Positions 27,974 to 41,834 of a stretch of 64,000 nucleotides of DNA are shown here, piece after piece. Made by a program: the position numbers and the translations under genes. The stretch's first letter is position 1; each line of letters begins with the position of its first letter. The DNA is from the human T2T-CHM13v2.0 reference genome, Homo sapiens. Location: assembly GCF_009914755.1 (NCBI RefSeq), contig NC_060946.1. The stretch is one strand, 5' to 3'. The notes under the pieces are model-generated. The model was not told where the DNA came from. It ran no database searches and was given only the letters and a program-made list of their open reading frames with translations.

Positions 27974-28373
27974 CTGTCCTCCCTGGCTGTCCTCAGCTTG
28001 AGGCTCTGCCCTCTGGGCTCTGGGCTCCACCCATGGAGATGTCTCCCTTTCTCAGAAGTGGCCTGTGTGTCTGGGGGCATTGCCTCCTCAGCTGTCACCT
28101 GCCCTCAAGAATTCAGAGGCTTATTGGCTGCTCCTGACTCTGAACTGTCTCCCTTCTAGTCCAAGCTAGTGACACTTGCTCTGAAACAATTCTCTTCAAC
28201 TGTGAGTTTTCTAAAAAGTGACTCTCACAGGGGTTCCCCCCATGGGCTCAAAGCCACATCCTCCTTTCCTCCTGAGGCAGAGCTCTCCCTGCTCTGAACA
28301 GGTCAGGCTGCTTCAGGAAAAGTCACCGTTCTTAGGATGCGCCCTCTTCTCTCCTAGCTCAGAGGCTGTAATG

Positions 28374-28597
28374 CAGGGCTGTCCAATCTTTGGGCTTCCC
28401 TGGGCCACACTGGAAGAAGAAGAATTGTTTTGAGCCACACATAAAATATACACTAACACTAGCAATAGCAAAAAAAAAAAAAAAAATCATAAGAAAACAC
28501 ACTGTTTAAAGAAAGTTTTACAAATTTGTGTTGGGCTGCATTCAAAGCCATCCTGGGCGTCATGCAGCCGATGGGCCAGGTGGGTTGGACAAGCTTG
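28374..28597 (+). mobile_element. MER30 (hAT-Charlie)
   Basis: cagggctgtccaatctttgggcttccctgggccacactggaagaagaagaattg...gggttggacaagcttg. Confidence 0.93.
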
Positions 28598-29089
28598 TGG
28601 TAACTCTGTGTGTTTAACAAGAAGCCTTAGAGGCTTGTAAAGACAGCCAACCACATGCAGCATCTGGAAAGCCTCGAAGTTCTCAGGGTCTGCGGCTTCC
28701 AGCAGCCTTTGAGGGGCTACGCATGGACTTCGTTTCTGGATTTTTGGGAAGGTTGCGGCTTGCTGACGTCCTCTGGCTTTCCCAGTGCTGGGCTGGAAAG
28801 GCCATGAGCTGGTCACGGCTTCAGCCCAGGGTGACTTGAGGGTCTTTGGGGGTTTGGCCCAACTCCGCACAAAGCTGTTCTAGGCCCAGGCCAAGACGAG
28901 GCGCTCTCTGCAGAGAAGGGCGGGCTCTCAGCTCCTTGAAGACAGACGGGTGCACAGCAGTCCAAGGCAGGGGAGACCTGTGGAGGACAGAGCCTCCTTG
29001 GTGCCAAGCAGGTGCTCAACTCAGGCCTGAGCTGAGCCACCCAGGTCTCGAGACAGAAGCATCTGCATCAGGTGTGTGAGCTCCAAGGC

Positions 29090-29720
29090 CCGTGTGTTTC
29101 AAGTTATTTCACTTAACGTCCAAATCACTGTTTGCCCCCGGTGATCTCTGCCTTAGAATCTCACGTCGGAGGCATAACACAGGCAGATCATTAAGTCAGT
29201 CACCAAAGCTAACAGCTGACATTTGCAGTAATTGTAATTAAAAATTAGCATAGAAATGTGCTTTTAGGAGATTAAAATTATTGGTAGGTCCTGACCTGTG
29301 TGCATCACCCTAAGTGATGGGCAACAAACGAACGTCACATTAAATAAAGTACATCTAATGCGCTTTTGAGGGAGAAAAGATGCAAATTCATTGATTTTCC
29401 TTTCTCCTTGATTTACAAATACGCTTTCTGCATAGACAAACACCACGCGCAATGGGACCGTTGGCACGTCCGCTCTTTTCGGGGCTTCTGGAGGCTGCGT
29501 CTTCATCAATTCCGTACAGGTCCATGACCTCTAATAACAGCTTTGTATCGTAAGCACTTTCTATACTCTGGAAATTGCATTACATATTAGAAATATTATC
29601 TCCATGCAGCAAACTATCAGTTAATGATTAGTTGAGTGGTAAAACGCATGTCAGGGAGAGAATGCAGATTTCACGGAGCAATTACAGCCTGGCGTTGTGT
29701 TTGCATTCGGAGCGGTATTT
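29090..29720. promoter_or_regulatory. Candidate conserved non-coding enhancer
   Basis: Unique AT-rich island with CpGs, many TAAT/ATTA, octamer ATGCAAAT 29380-29387 and TGATTTAC 29409-29416; motif-based inference only. Confidence 0.45.
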
Positions 29721-29969
29721 ATGTCGTGGGCATGGGATCCGGGGAGCTGCTGGCAAAGACAAAGTGAGAGGAAGGCAGAGGTGTCACTGGGGCCCTCGGC
29801 AGCCGTGATTGCAGGGTTTCTCGCCTCTTTCCTCCCAGGGTTCTCAGGTGGGGCAGGGGCTCAGGGCCTGAGGTCTCCCTGGAGAGATGGAGGGCAGTGG
29901 CCGGCTCCAGTTTGCTGGCACGATGATGAGATGTGCCCTGTGTGGCTCCATGCCAGCGCTCTGTGGGGG

Positions 29970-30885
29970 CTCAGTTCACTCATTCAACAATCACGCAGGC
30001 AGCGCCTCTGACAGGCTCCCCAGAGAAGGGAGTGAGAGGCAGGGCCTGGACTCTCACAGCATCTGGGGGTGAGGGGGAGGTCGGAACCAGCAAGGGAGGG
30101 ACAAATAAAGGCCAGAATGAAGCTTCATGCTATAAAAAACACAAAGCAGATGGGGATCAGGCACAGCCGGGCAGCTGGCCTAATTGCTGCAATCATGGGA
30201 GGCCTCTCTGAGGAGGTGACAGTTGAGAAAAGTCCAGAAGGAAACGGTGGAGTGAGTCATGTGGAGTGGGTGAGAGGAGATAATTGAGGGAGTCACGTGG
30301 GGTGGGTGAGAGGAGAGAATCAAGCGAGTCACGCGGGGTGGGTGGGAGGAGAGAATCCTGAACAGAAAAGACTTCAGGCATTGAGCCTGAGGCTTTGGAG
30401 GGCTTGCTGTTTTTAGAGGGGTGCGAGAAGCCCAGCCCAGCTGGAAGGGAGCAGGCAGGGAGGAGGGTCCTGGGACTGCACTGCACAGATGCTGGGCCTC
30501 TCTCTTGGTGAGATGAAGGCACTGGAGAGTCCTGAGTGGGGGAGGTCACGCTTGGCCCCAGGTTTCCTCCCAGTTTCTGTGCAGAAAATTCAGAGACCGA
30601 TGCAGAAAATGGGCACTAGACAGCAGCCAGGAGGACAGCACTTTGAGAAGCGCTGGATTCCAGGCATGTCTGGAAGTTTGGTCAAGTGAGCAGCTTTTCC
30701 GTAGGCTGGCGACAGGTCGCAGGAGAGAGGGAACTCCATGGTGCCGCCACACTGGGTCCAGCTGCTGGGCATGCAAAGGCGCCTGACGTGAGATGGGAAA
30801 GCTGGCCAGGGCAGCACCAGCGGGAAGATCACGCGCAGGTGAGTTGAGATCCAGCTGCCTTTAGGTGTCCAGGTGGAGCTGATGG
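29970..30885 (-). mobile_element. L2 fragment
   Basis: ttcactcattcaacaa start; 'ggaggcctctctgaggaggtgacagttgag' L2 antisense motif. Confidence 0.7.
30254..30358. repeat. 36-bp tandem repeat x3 within L2
   Basis: gagtcaYgYggRgtgggtgRgaggagaKaat repeated. Confidence 0.9.
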
Positions 30886-31710
30886 GGTTGAATCCCCCAG
30901 CCTCTCCCGGCTCTGGTGGTCTTTCGGCCGTTGCTTTTGCTTTTGGATTCCAGGGCCCTCATGATTCATCAGAGATGTTTCCACCTAACCGAGCTGTGCA
31001 ACATCAGGTCTGCAGAGCTCAGCCCCCACCAGGCTAAGGCCAGAGTCCTGTGACCTAGGCCTGTCCCTGCCATGCCCTTGCTGTCCCTCCGGGCTCCCTG
31101 CGTCCTCCCCGTCTCCTCTGCTTGCTCCTCCCCCCGGGGGACGCCAGGCTTCGCTGTCGGGGCTCTCCTCTCCAAGCTCTGGCGCTGATGACCCCACACT
31201 CCTGCCTCCAGACCTGACCTTCCCGGAAGTCCCAGGAGCCTCCCACCAACAGCTCGTGCTGTCCTTCCCTTCTCTCCATCACAGGCCTCCTTCCATGCTG
31301 AGGTCCTGACTCACTGTCCTAGGCCCCTTGTCTCCCTGGCCCTTGCAGAAGGTGCTCTCTGTCCCCATAGCCTATGCAGTGTGCGCTCTCCAGGACAAGG
31401 GCAGCGGCTCCTCCCAGGAGGCCGCCTGGCTCCTGAGCGACCGAGACCAACCAGGGCCTGGGTCTGGCTGCGCCATGACTGTCCCATTGATCGGGTGCCC
31501 CTGCAGGCAGCAGCTCTGCCCACCTGGCTTCCCAGCACCTGGCACAGCCAGTGTTCAGCGAGCTTTTGTTGCAGGAAGGACAGAGTCTGGGTTTGGAACT
31601 GCAGAACCTGCCATCAGGCTGACCCACATCCTGAGATGGGAGGTTGGACCCGAAAGCTGGGTCCCAGGCTGGCTGGGACACCTGTTCCTCACCCACTAAG
31701 GAGGAGCCCC

Positions 31711-32060
<350 letters not shown>

Positions 32061-32628
32061 TTAGGAGTCTGTTAGTGAATCACGGCGTAATTCATGATTA
32101 TTTTAAAGCTGACCGCCCTTGCAATCCCTGGGTTTCCGGCTTCTCCGCCTGCACCTGCGGTTTCTACCCAGCGAGAACCAGGCTGGCTCTGAGCCCAAAC
32201 TCCCAGTGATTAATGGATAAACAATCATATTCCCTAGAATTGGGTCTTGAAGTCAAACAAAGGGATGGGGATGGGGTCGCTGGGGAAAGGTTTGTGCAGG
32301 CAGGTTTATTAACCCCTTGATGACCTCAGAAATTTCTTCTTCTGAATGGCTGCCCCTGCGAGCCTGCAGGCCATGGAAACTGGCAGTGTTTATGGAGACG
32401 GTGGAGGCAGGGGATCCTGAGAAGGAACAAAGGGTCTCTGGCCCGCTTGCCTTCGCCGCGGTGATTTCACTCGTTCTTTTTTGGTGGTTGGAAGAACATT
32501 GACTGTTGTTTTTCGGAGTCTGAGTGAATTATTTACTGCGGAGTGAAAAACTGCCCTCTGAGTGCCTCTAAGAACACGAAGGAATTAGAAGGGTAGATTT
32601 GTTTTCCTTAATAGCTGTCTTTGTTTTT

Positions 32629-33043
32629 CCTGGAGGTGTCTTGGGAGAGCCAGATCTTGGCACCATGCAGCTTCAGGTGGAGGCGGGTGTGGGGTTTGCC
32701 TTCTCCTTCACCTGCTCTCTGCTCCGTCAAAAGCCCCCGCCCGTGGGAGGTGGCTTAACCTGTGCGGCCTTGCTCAGCCCGAGGGGTTGTCTGACCCTGC
32801 ACTGACCTCAGGCCTCCCTTCTGGGGACCTCAGCCCTCGTCCCATCAGCCCACCACCCGTCACGGCCCGTCACCGCCGGTCTTGGCTGCTTTCCTCTTCC
32901 CTCTGGACTCGCCAGCAGACATCGGAGTTGGGAGGAGGTCCCTGGCAGGCGGGGTGGCGGCTCCTTCTGTACTTTGCAGCCTCTCCCTGCCCCTGCACTG
33001 GCTGTGGCCTGGCCCTGACACTCAGACACCCCTGGGGTTGGGG
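32629..33043 (+). repeat. Inverted duplication A, left arm
   Basis: Reverse-complement homology to 34825-35201. Confidence 0.92.
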
Positions 33044-34600
33044 TCTCTGCCCTGGGGAGAGCACTGGGGACTCGGCTCCAAGAGGGAACGGGTCTCACCA
33101 GCTGAGTTCAGCCAAGGGGGGCACCTCATAGAAGGGTATGAGGTGAGCTGTTGGCTGGAGTCCAAGCCCCGTTGCATCCCAGCCTCCATGAAGTGAGGAT
33201 CCCCAGGACATAGGTGGCCTGGATAAGGTGCCTGGCACCCCATTGGGCACACAGGGTAAGGAATGAGAGCTTTGGGAGTTGAGGACAGAATCCTGAGGTC
33301 AGGGGGCATTGCCAGAGGATGATGTCATCATCTCAAATGAAAGGCCCTGGAGGGAAGTGGTCCCCACTGGAACCCACCTGGAAACCTAATGCCCTCCTCT
33401 GTGGGTGATTGCGGCTCCGAGCATGGGCCCCCTGAGCCTCCAGATGCACCCGAGCTTGCATTCTGGAAGGGTCAGGGTGCCCATGGCCCAGCCAGGCCTC
33501 GGGGATCCATACCAGGCCCCAGACAGGTTTCCTTATATACTCACCTCATCCCCAGGCCCCAGGCCCCTCAGAGCAATGCGCCATACTTCTGAAATGCAAC
33601 CTGCTTGTCTTCAGCTGGACTCTGTGGGGGTGCGTGAAAGCACCAGGTTACCTGGTGGAACTGAAGAGTGGCCCAGCCCCAGGCCCCGGGTGGGGAGGCA
33701 GCTGTGGGGATGGGGCCCACTCTGGGCTCTTGTGGTGTCTGTGATGGTGCCCATGTGGAGTGATGGGGCCTCATGCCACACTGTATCAGGACCCCACGCT
33801 GGAGGCATGAGGGAGGTCAGAGTTGGGATGTCAGGGATGAAGGTCACTCAGTCCCAAGACATCCTTGCTTTAAAAGTCACCACTGGACTTGCCAAACTCA
33901 GTGACTCATTCATCAAATTATGAAACCCTGGCTTTATGGAGGGTACTGAGTTGGGTGCTAAAAATACAGACATGAATAAAATACAGTCTCACACACTGGG
34001 GATGTGAATTCCAGTGTCTCATACAGTAGACAGACCCAGAAACAAGCAGTTGAAGACCATGGGATGAATGTTTGAACTGGGAAGCAATGATAGGCATTAT
34101 GGAAGGACTCACTGCCGTTGAACACAGAACGTGCTTTGTTTATTCACACTCTTGGCTTCTCAGTTCTTTGTTGTCATTATGGCATCCAGTAGGTGCTCAG
34201 CAGCTGTGTCTCCTTCAGATGATAGAACTCCATGTGGGTGATTCACTCCCCCGTCCACACCCTCCTCTCCAGGGACTATCCTGGTAATGGAACCTCTGCT
34301 GGGAGGAAGCGTGGCCAGCCGTGGGCTCGAAGGGATCATGGGAAGCTTCCATTCATGGCAATGGAATTAGATATACTATCCATCAAAAACACTTAGAAAA
34401 GATGAAGACATTAAATATTTTGTAAAATGCACAGCTTACCTCCAAGTGAAGTAAAAGAAATCCCCAAGAACCAAATGAAGAGGAACCCGGAAGCAGAAGT
34501 TCTGGGGCTTCCATGGGAGCTGGGATGGCTTGAGAGCTGCCTGCCAGTCTCAGTCACCAAGGGGCCTGGTTTTCAAAGACTTCAAGGAAACAGGAGGAAA

Positions 34601-34771
34601 GGGTTAGTGCATGGCATGGTGGGGTAGGGGGTTAGTGTGTGGCATGGTTGGGGTAGGGGGTTAGTGCATGGCATGGTGGGGTAGGGGGTTATTGTGTGGC
34701 ATGGTTGAGGTAGGGGGTTAGTGTGTGGCATGGTGGGGTAGGGGGTTAGTGTGTGGCATGGTTGGGGTAGG
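34601..34771. repeat. G-rich minisatellite, 6 units of alternating 28/29 bp
   Basis: gggttagtgYRtggcatggt(t)ggggtagg repeated. Confidence 0.95.
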
Positions 34772-34824
34772 TGTCCCTTTATACAGACTCCTGCATAAAT
34801 AAATAAGGTGTGTTGTCAGGGGGC

Positions 34825-35201
34825 CCCCACCCCTGGGAGTGTCTGAGTGTCGAGGCCATGGCCAAAGCCAGTGCAAGGGCCAGAAGAGGCTTCAAGGGAC
34901 AGATGGAGCTGTCACCTCCGCTTGCCCGGGGGCCTGTTCCCAACTCTGAAGTCAGCAGGCAAGTCCAGAGGGAACAGGAAAGAAGCCAAGATGGGTGATG
35001 GGCTGATGGGATGAGGGCTGAGGTCCTGGGAAGGGAGGCCCGAGGGCAGTACAGGGTCAGACAACACCTTGGGCTGAGCAAGGCGGTCAAGTTAAGCCAC
35101 CTACCGGGGGCCATCCCAATGGAGGAGAAGACAAACTCGGCACCCACCTCTGCCTTAAGCTGCATGGAGCCGAGATCTGTCTCTCCCAGGACACCTCCAG
35201 G
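34825..35201 (-). repeat. Inverted duplication A, right arm
   Basis: Reverse-complement homology to 32629-33043. Confidence 0.92.
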
Positions 35202-35349
35202 TGCCCCTCAAAGGGGCATTGCATGAGTGAGAGACTCAAAGGGAAAAACATCACCCAAGGGCAGAGGGAAATGATGGCCACAGGCACGTACCATCATCTT
35301 CTGAGCTTTAAATGCACACTACTTGCAGATTTTGTGAAACCAAAATGAC

Positions 35350-36595
35350 AAGGAATTAGGTTAAAGTGCTTCAGATTCTTAAGGCTCTGGGCCACCCCAC
35401 AGAAACAAAGACAAGAGCCCCCAGCAGGACAGAGCCTCATCCCAGGGCCGGTGGATTCTCACAGCCCAATCCCCGCTGAACATGAGCTCACAATCTCAAA
35501 TCACAAAACTCACAAGGACACATGCCATCCTGAGCACCAGGAGGAAGAACAGACAGCAGAAGCTGACCACCAAGACGCTGAACACATGAAGTGTGAAAGG
35601 CTGAATATAAAATGTTTTCAATATTTAGTAAAATAAAAGAGGATATGGAAACATAACCACATATCAATAAAAAATTTTTTTAAAATCCCACAAGAATGTC
35701 TGAAAAATAAAGACATGAAATCTTAAGAAGTGGAAAAATAATCATACATTTTTTTTTTCTTTTTGGAACAGAATCTCAGTGTCACCTAGGCTGGAGTGTA
35801 TTGGCCCAATCTTGACTCACTGCAGCCTCCGCCTTTTGGGCTCAAACAATCCTCCCACCTCAGCTTCCCAGTTAGCTGACACTACAGGTGCACACCACTA
35901 CACCTGTCTAACTTTTTGTGTTTTTTGTAGAGAGGGTGTCTTGCTATGTTGTCCAGGCTTGTCTCAAGCTCCTGGGCTCAAGTGATCCTCCTGCTTCAGC
36001 CTCCCAAAGTGCTGGGATTACAAGTTCAAGCCACCTTACCTGGCCCTATTTATTTCTAAAGAAAGAGAATTGTCAAAAATGGAAGCTAGAGCAGAGTAAA
36101 TTTCCTGGTAGAAGCAGGAGAAAACATGAAGAACAAATCCAACAGTGCACCACAGTTCAATTGTAGTTCCAGAACAAGAGATGGGAGAAGATTGGGCACA
36201 GGCAATGGCCATGAGATAAGTGCTAGAAATGTTCTAAAATTGGTGAAAGACACAAATCCTCATATTCAGAAAGTGTTATAAGTACCAGGGTATAAGAGCT
36301 CCATACTGAGATACATAATAGAAAACCAATCTGAAGGACACCAAAGTCAAACAAAAGAACTTTAAAAGTAGCCATAGAAAAAAGACATATTGCCTGCAAA
36401 GGAAGGCCAAGTATTTTGATTACAGAATCCTTAGCAGAAGAATAGACAACAGAACCACAGCTCCGAAGGACTGAAGAAAGAAATTGGTCACCTCATGATT
36501 TTATAGCTAGTAATCAAAATATAAGGAAGAATACAAATATTTTCAGTCAAAAGCAGCACATTTATTATTAAAATTTCTGGTAAATGATTTTCTGA
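35350..36595 (+). mobile_element. Ancient L1M/HAL1-like 5'/ORF1 remnant (interrupted by Alu)
   Basis: A-rich top strand with 'aaatgttctaaaattggtgaaagacacaaatcctcatattcagaaag' ORF1-type motif. Confidence 0.6.
35749..36045 (-). mobile_element. AluJ
   Basis: Diverged Alu, antisense, with poly-T. Confidence 0.93.
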
Positions 36596-36597
36596 AA

Positions 36598-37257
<660 letters not shown>

Positions 37258-37469
37258 TCAGGTGAGTTTCCATTCAACAAAACTCAGTGTCACAAAAACT
37301 ATTAAAATCTGAAATCACATTAGCAACAATTTATATTTAGTAATTTAATCATAAATCAATTTTAATTTTTAAATCATAGTCATCTAGAAGGATATAATAA
37401 TGATTCGATAATAAATAAAATCATGATTATTGATCCCTAATGTGTTTTTTGGTATGATCTGGCCATGGA

Positions 37470-38740
37470 CTGTCATGTGACAAAACACCTGAGCACTTGG
37501 TGGTTTCAGACACCCACAGTCATTTTGTGATTTCCCGTGGGTGACAGGGCTCAGCTGTGCGGTTGTTACACAGGCTGTGACTCAGATGGGGATGGGGCTG
37601 ATGTCACCTTGGAGGCTTCCTCATCACACATCTGATGATGGATGTTGGTCACTGGGGCTGTCAGCCACACCCCTCCCTGTGGCTTTCTCTGTGACCTGGG
37701 CTTCTGCACAGTGAAGTCACTGGATTCTAGTAACAAGTGCCTCAAAAACAAATGACCCCTACAAACACATACATCGCAGTTACTTTGTGTGGGTTTTTTT
37801 GTTTTTGCTTTCTCAATTTTACTGAAAATTTTATAAATTCAATTGCAGTAAAATACACATAGCCTAAGATTTACCATGTCAGCCATTATGTAAAAGTGTC
37901 TAGTTTGGTAGTGTTTGGTATATTCACACTGTTGTGCAATGAATCATAAGGAATGCTTCAGCTTTCCAGAGAGAAACTCTGTTCCCATGAAACCCCCGAC
38001 CCCCAGCCTCTAACACCCGCCATTCACCATTCCACTTACTGTTTCTATGAATTTGACTACTCCACAGACCTCATGTAAGTGGAGTCATGCAGTATTTGTC
38101 CTTCTGTGCCCGGCTTACGTTCTTTAGCATAACATCTGTGTTCATCTGTGTTTAGCATAACATCTGTGTTCATCCGTGTTCAGCATGTGCCAGAATTTCC
38201 TTCCTCTTGAAGACTGAATGATATTCCGTCCTATATACAGACCATATTTTGCTTATCCATTCATCTGCCCAGGGACAGTTGGGTGGTTTCTGTGTTTTAG
38301 TCATTGTGAATAATGTGCTCTGAACATGGTGTGTAAGTGTCTCTTCAAGACCCTGCGTTTAATCCTTTGCAGGATATACACAAAACTGGGATCCCCAGAT
38401 CATAGGGTAATTGCATGTTCATTTTTTGAAGAACGTGCCATACTGTTTTCCACACAGCTGTGCTCTTTCACACTCCCGCCAGCAATGCACAAGACTTTTA
38501 ATTTCTCCACATTCTCAGTAATACTTTTTCTTTCTGTTTATCTTTTTTTAAATATGAGCCATTCAAAAGAATGTGAGATGGAATCTCGCTGTGGTATGTA
38601 TCACTTTTTGTGTCCTAGCCTTGGAAATCGCGTAGCATCACCTCTGCTGAGGCCACAGCCCTGCCAGGATCCCATCCCAGGGCAGGGAGTGCAGGCTCCA
38701 TCTGTCAAGGGAATGTCACCATCTCATTGAAGAATCGCAC
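37470..38740 (-). mobile_element. MLT1 (G/H-like) LTR split by L1MB
   Basis: 5' piece ~37470-37755 and 3' piece ~38600-38740 ('cctagccttggaaatcgcgtagcatcac'). Confidence 0.55.
37792..38597 (-). mobile_element. L1MB 3' end
   Basis: 'tatgaatttgactactcc..acctcatgtaagtggagtcatgcagtatttgtccttctgtg' diagnostic; 28-bp tandem duplication at ~38126-38181. Confidence 0.88.
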
Positions 38741-38779
38741 ATCGGTGGGGCACTGTGCTCAGCACACACAGTGTGTTCC

Positions 38780-39400
38780 CTGGCAGAGAACTCATTACAA
38801 TTTCAACAAACTGATGTATATCTAATTTAGGAGTTCCCTTCACACTCATCTCATTTATATGAACATTTTCTCAGGTTTTTAGATGAAAAAATACAAACTA
38901 AAATTAATAACATTTAAGCTGAATGCCATCTCGTTCTAGCAATGACTTGAATGTGAGGAGAAGCCCCATTCATCATATCAGAGGATGCAGTTAAAAAATA
39001 ACTTCTTATGTTTACAAATTATTTGTCAACATGTACAACACATTCATGTGATTTTAATCTAGTGTTGCTAATAATAATTGTAATAATAACCCAAACTAGA
39101 AGAATTGGTTTTAGTATTTAAAGATCAATGGCACCTGGAAATTAACAAAATCAATTTATAGACATATATGTATATTTCTGAATATTGTTATAGGGATTAT
39201 AATAGGACTATCAATAACAACTTTGAAACATAAAATCTATTAGGGTACAATTTTGTGGAGGACTGGCATAGAAATATGAGTGTAAGGTAATAAAAAGGGC
39301 TTTAGTTTCAGTTTCAACCATAAAACAGGAACTTACTCAGTTCTTTAAAACATAGATGACACCTGGTATTGATGGCTGTATATTTAGATTCCATGGCAAA
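38780..39400. mobile_element. Possible hAT-Charlie (Charlie7-like) fragment
   Basis: AT-rich; resembles Charlie 3' internal sequence from memory. Confidence 0.35.
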
Positions 39401-39574
39401 TATATCAGAACATCTGCAAAGCTATGTCCGTCCTCCCCAAAGGCCATATCTGCACAGCGGTAAACACTGCCCGGAGAGGAAACTCACACACAGCTCCACG
39501 GAGGAGGCATCAACTGCTTCCTCTACCTTTAAGGAGGGCAGTTTCTCAAGCTCTATAAGAAGCCTTTAAATGGG

Positions 39575-39860
39575 TGTGACGTGACCTAGAAATTTCATTT
39601 CTAGGATTTTGTCCTAAAAAATATATAAAGATATATGCAAAGAATTAGCTATAAATATGTCCATCTCTGCCTTATTTGAAATAGTAAAAACTTGCAAGCA
39701 AACAACATTTCAAACACTTGACCATCCTTTAAATATATGAAGGGGCTCTCGATAACATAAATCCACTGTAGTCATTGAGGGTCATTTCTGCAATAATGGA
39801 CACAAGATTGTCAATTAAAAGGATAATTTCTTCAACGTGGTAATGGTGACAGAAAAGTCA
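39575..39860 (+). mobile_element. L1ME 3' fragment
   Basis: 'gacctagaaatttcatttctaggattttgtccta...ttatttgaaatagtaaaaacttg'. Confidence 0.6.
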
Positions 39861-39879
39861 CATTTAGAATGGGGAGCGA

Positions 39880-40186
<307 letters not shown>

Positions 40187-40214
40187 ATTAGAATGGAGAG
40201 AGATGGTGCATTTG

Positions 40215-40520
40215 CAGGAGAGCCATGTGGTGGAGAATTATGCAGCCACAAAGAGGAATGAAGCCTGACCCAGCTGTGATGTGGTTGAACCTCAAGACAC
40301 GGTGCGGAGGGGAAGAGGCCAGTACCAAAGGTAGCAAGCTGTGTTGCCCCATTCATACGAAAGATCCAGAACAGATCGATCCACAGGCAGGCACAGATCG
40401 GCGGCTGCCTATGCATGGGGTGTTGGCGCTGGATGGAAATGTTTCAGAAACAGAGATAGACGCCAAGGTCATGTGCCGAGAGCTGCTAAACGCTGCACTT
40501 TAACATGATTTATTTTAGGT
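40215..40520 (+). mobile_element. L1MB/ME 3' fragment, GC-shifted
   Basis: 'tatgcagccacaaagaggaatgaag...gaacctcaagacac..gaagaggccag'. Confidence 0.65.
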
Positions 40521-41834
40521 TTGCCTACAGCACCTGTAATCTGTCTCCTCGTGGATGGTGAGACCCCCGGTGTCGCCCCTGTGAGCTCTGGGAGCTGTGC
40601 GGGACCCTGCCCACTAGATGGAGGTTTGCCTGACTGTTAATTGACTTGCTCATGGTCAGCCCCCAGGTCAGGGCCAGGCCAGCACCACCACCCATCCGGC
40701 TCCTTCCAGGACTCGCTGGGCGGGCTCTGGCTTAGTTCTCCTACTTGCATTGGTCAAAGCCCCTAGGAGACAGTCGGCCTCTTGCCAGCCCATCCTCTGC
40801 CCAGCACAGCGTGTTCTCAAGGTTGGAGTAGGCTGCAGGTGCCACGCCGAGGCATCCCAACGGGGATTCCAGGCTCCTCCAGCCTGCCTGTTGTCCTGAT
40901 CGCTCCCTGCAGCCGCTGCTGCCTGCCAGCGTGGGGGGACCTGTGGGGCAAGAGTGGGGGGCCCTGCTTATGAAGCCCGATCCCATCCAGCGTCAGCCGC
41001 GTTCTCGGTGCCCGTGACGGTCTGAAGCTGACGCCTGATTCTGCTTTCTGTCTTGGAGTGCACAGTGGCATTCACGGTCGTCGCCACAGCCATCAGGTCT
41101 GTGGAGCCACGCGCAGGTGCGCGCTCCTGGGAGTGGGCTCCAAACCTCAGGTGGGAGAGCAGAGGCTGCAGGGCAGGTAATGTGCTCCCCTCTGTGACTG
41201 GGGCAGAAGCCTGCACACCCACCCTGCCTGCGGGCACTGAGCACTCACCCAGACCCGTGGCCGTGCTCTCCACGTTTGTCATCGAGGCCCAGCTCCCCCT
41301 GCCTGTCTAGTCTCAAACCAGAGCCCTAGCCTGGTCCCAGATCGTGGGGTGCTGCCCTGGGGTCCCCCATCAACACAGGGTGATGACACCAGTGCCAAGC
41401 ACCCCTGAGCAATCTCCCCCGAGCAATCTGCTCTATTGCTCTTTCAATGAATGACTCAGAGCCCTGTTCCAGATGCCCAGGCACCTGCCAGCTTCATTGC
41501 TGGAGTGAAAGGAGGGGTGATGGGGCTGCCATAAAAGATGACACTGGGACCATGTTAAGGTCACCTCCCGTTTCTTCTTCAGGTCTCCATGACTGAACTC
41601 ACAGGGCCGCCCTAGGACCACTGCAGCCGGGAGTGCAGAGTGTGGGGGTGGGAGGTGCCTCTGCTTTGAGGTCTGGGGCGGCAGGTGGGAAGGGCGGGGG
41701 AAGGCGCCGTTTTGTCGGAGTCTCCTGCTGGGTTGGGGGTCGGTAATTCCTGGGGTTTTGGGAGGAAATCCTGTTTCTGGAGGAAAATGGCAGCTCCTGT
41801 GGGGGAAGCTTGTCTGAGCCTTGGGGCAGCCTGG

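Noticed and set aside
34601-34771. Interstitial telomeric sequence
   Set aside because: Only isolated GGGTTAG motifs, no (TTAGGG)n tandem
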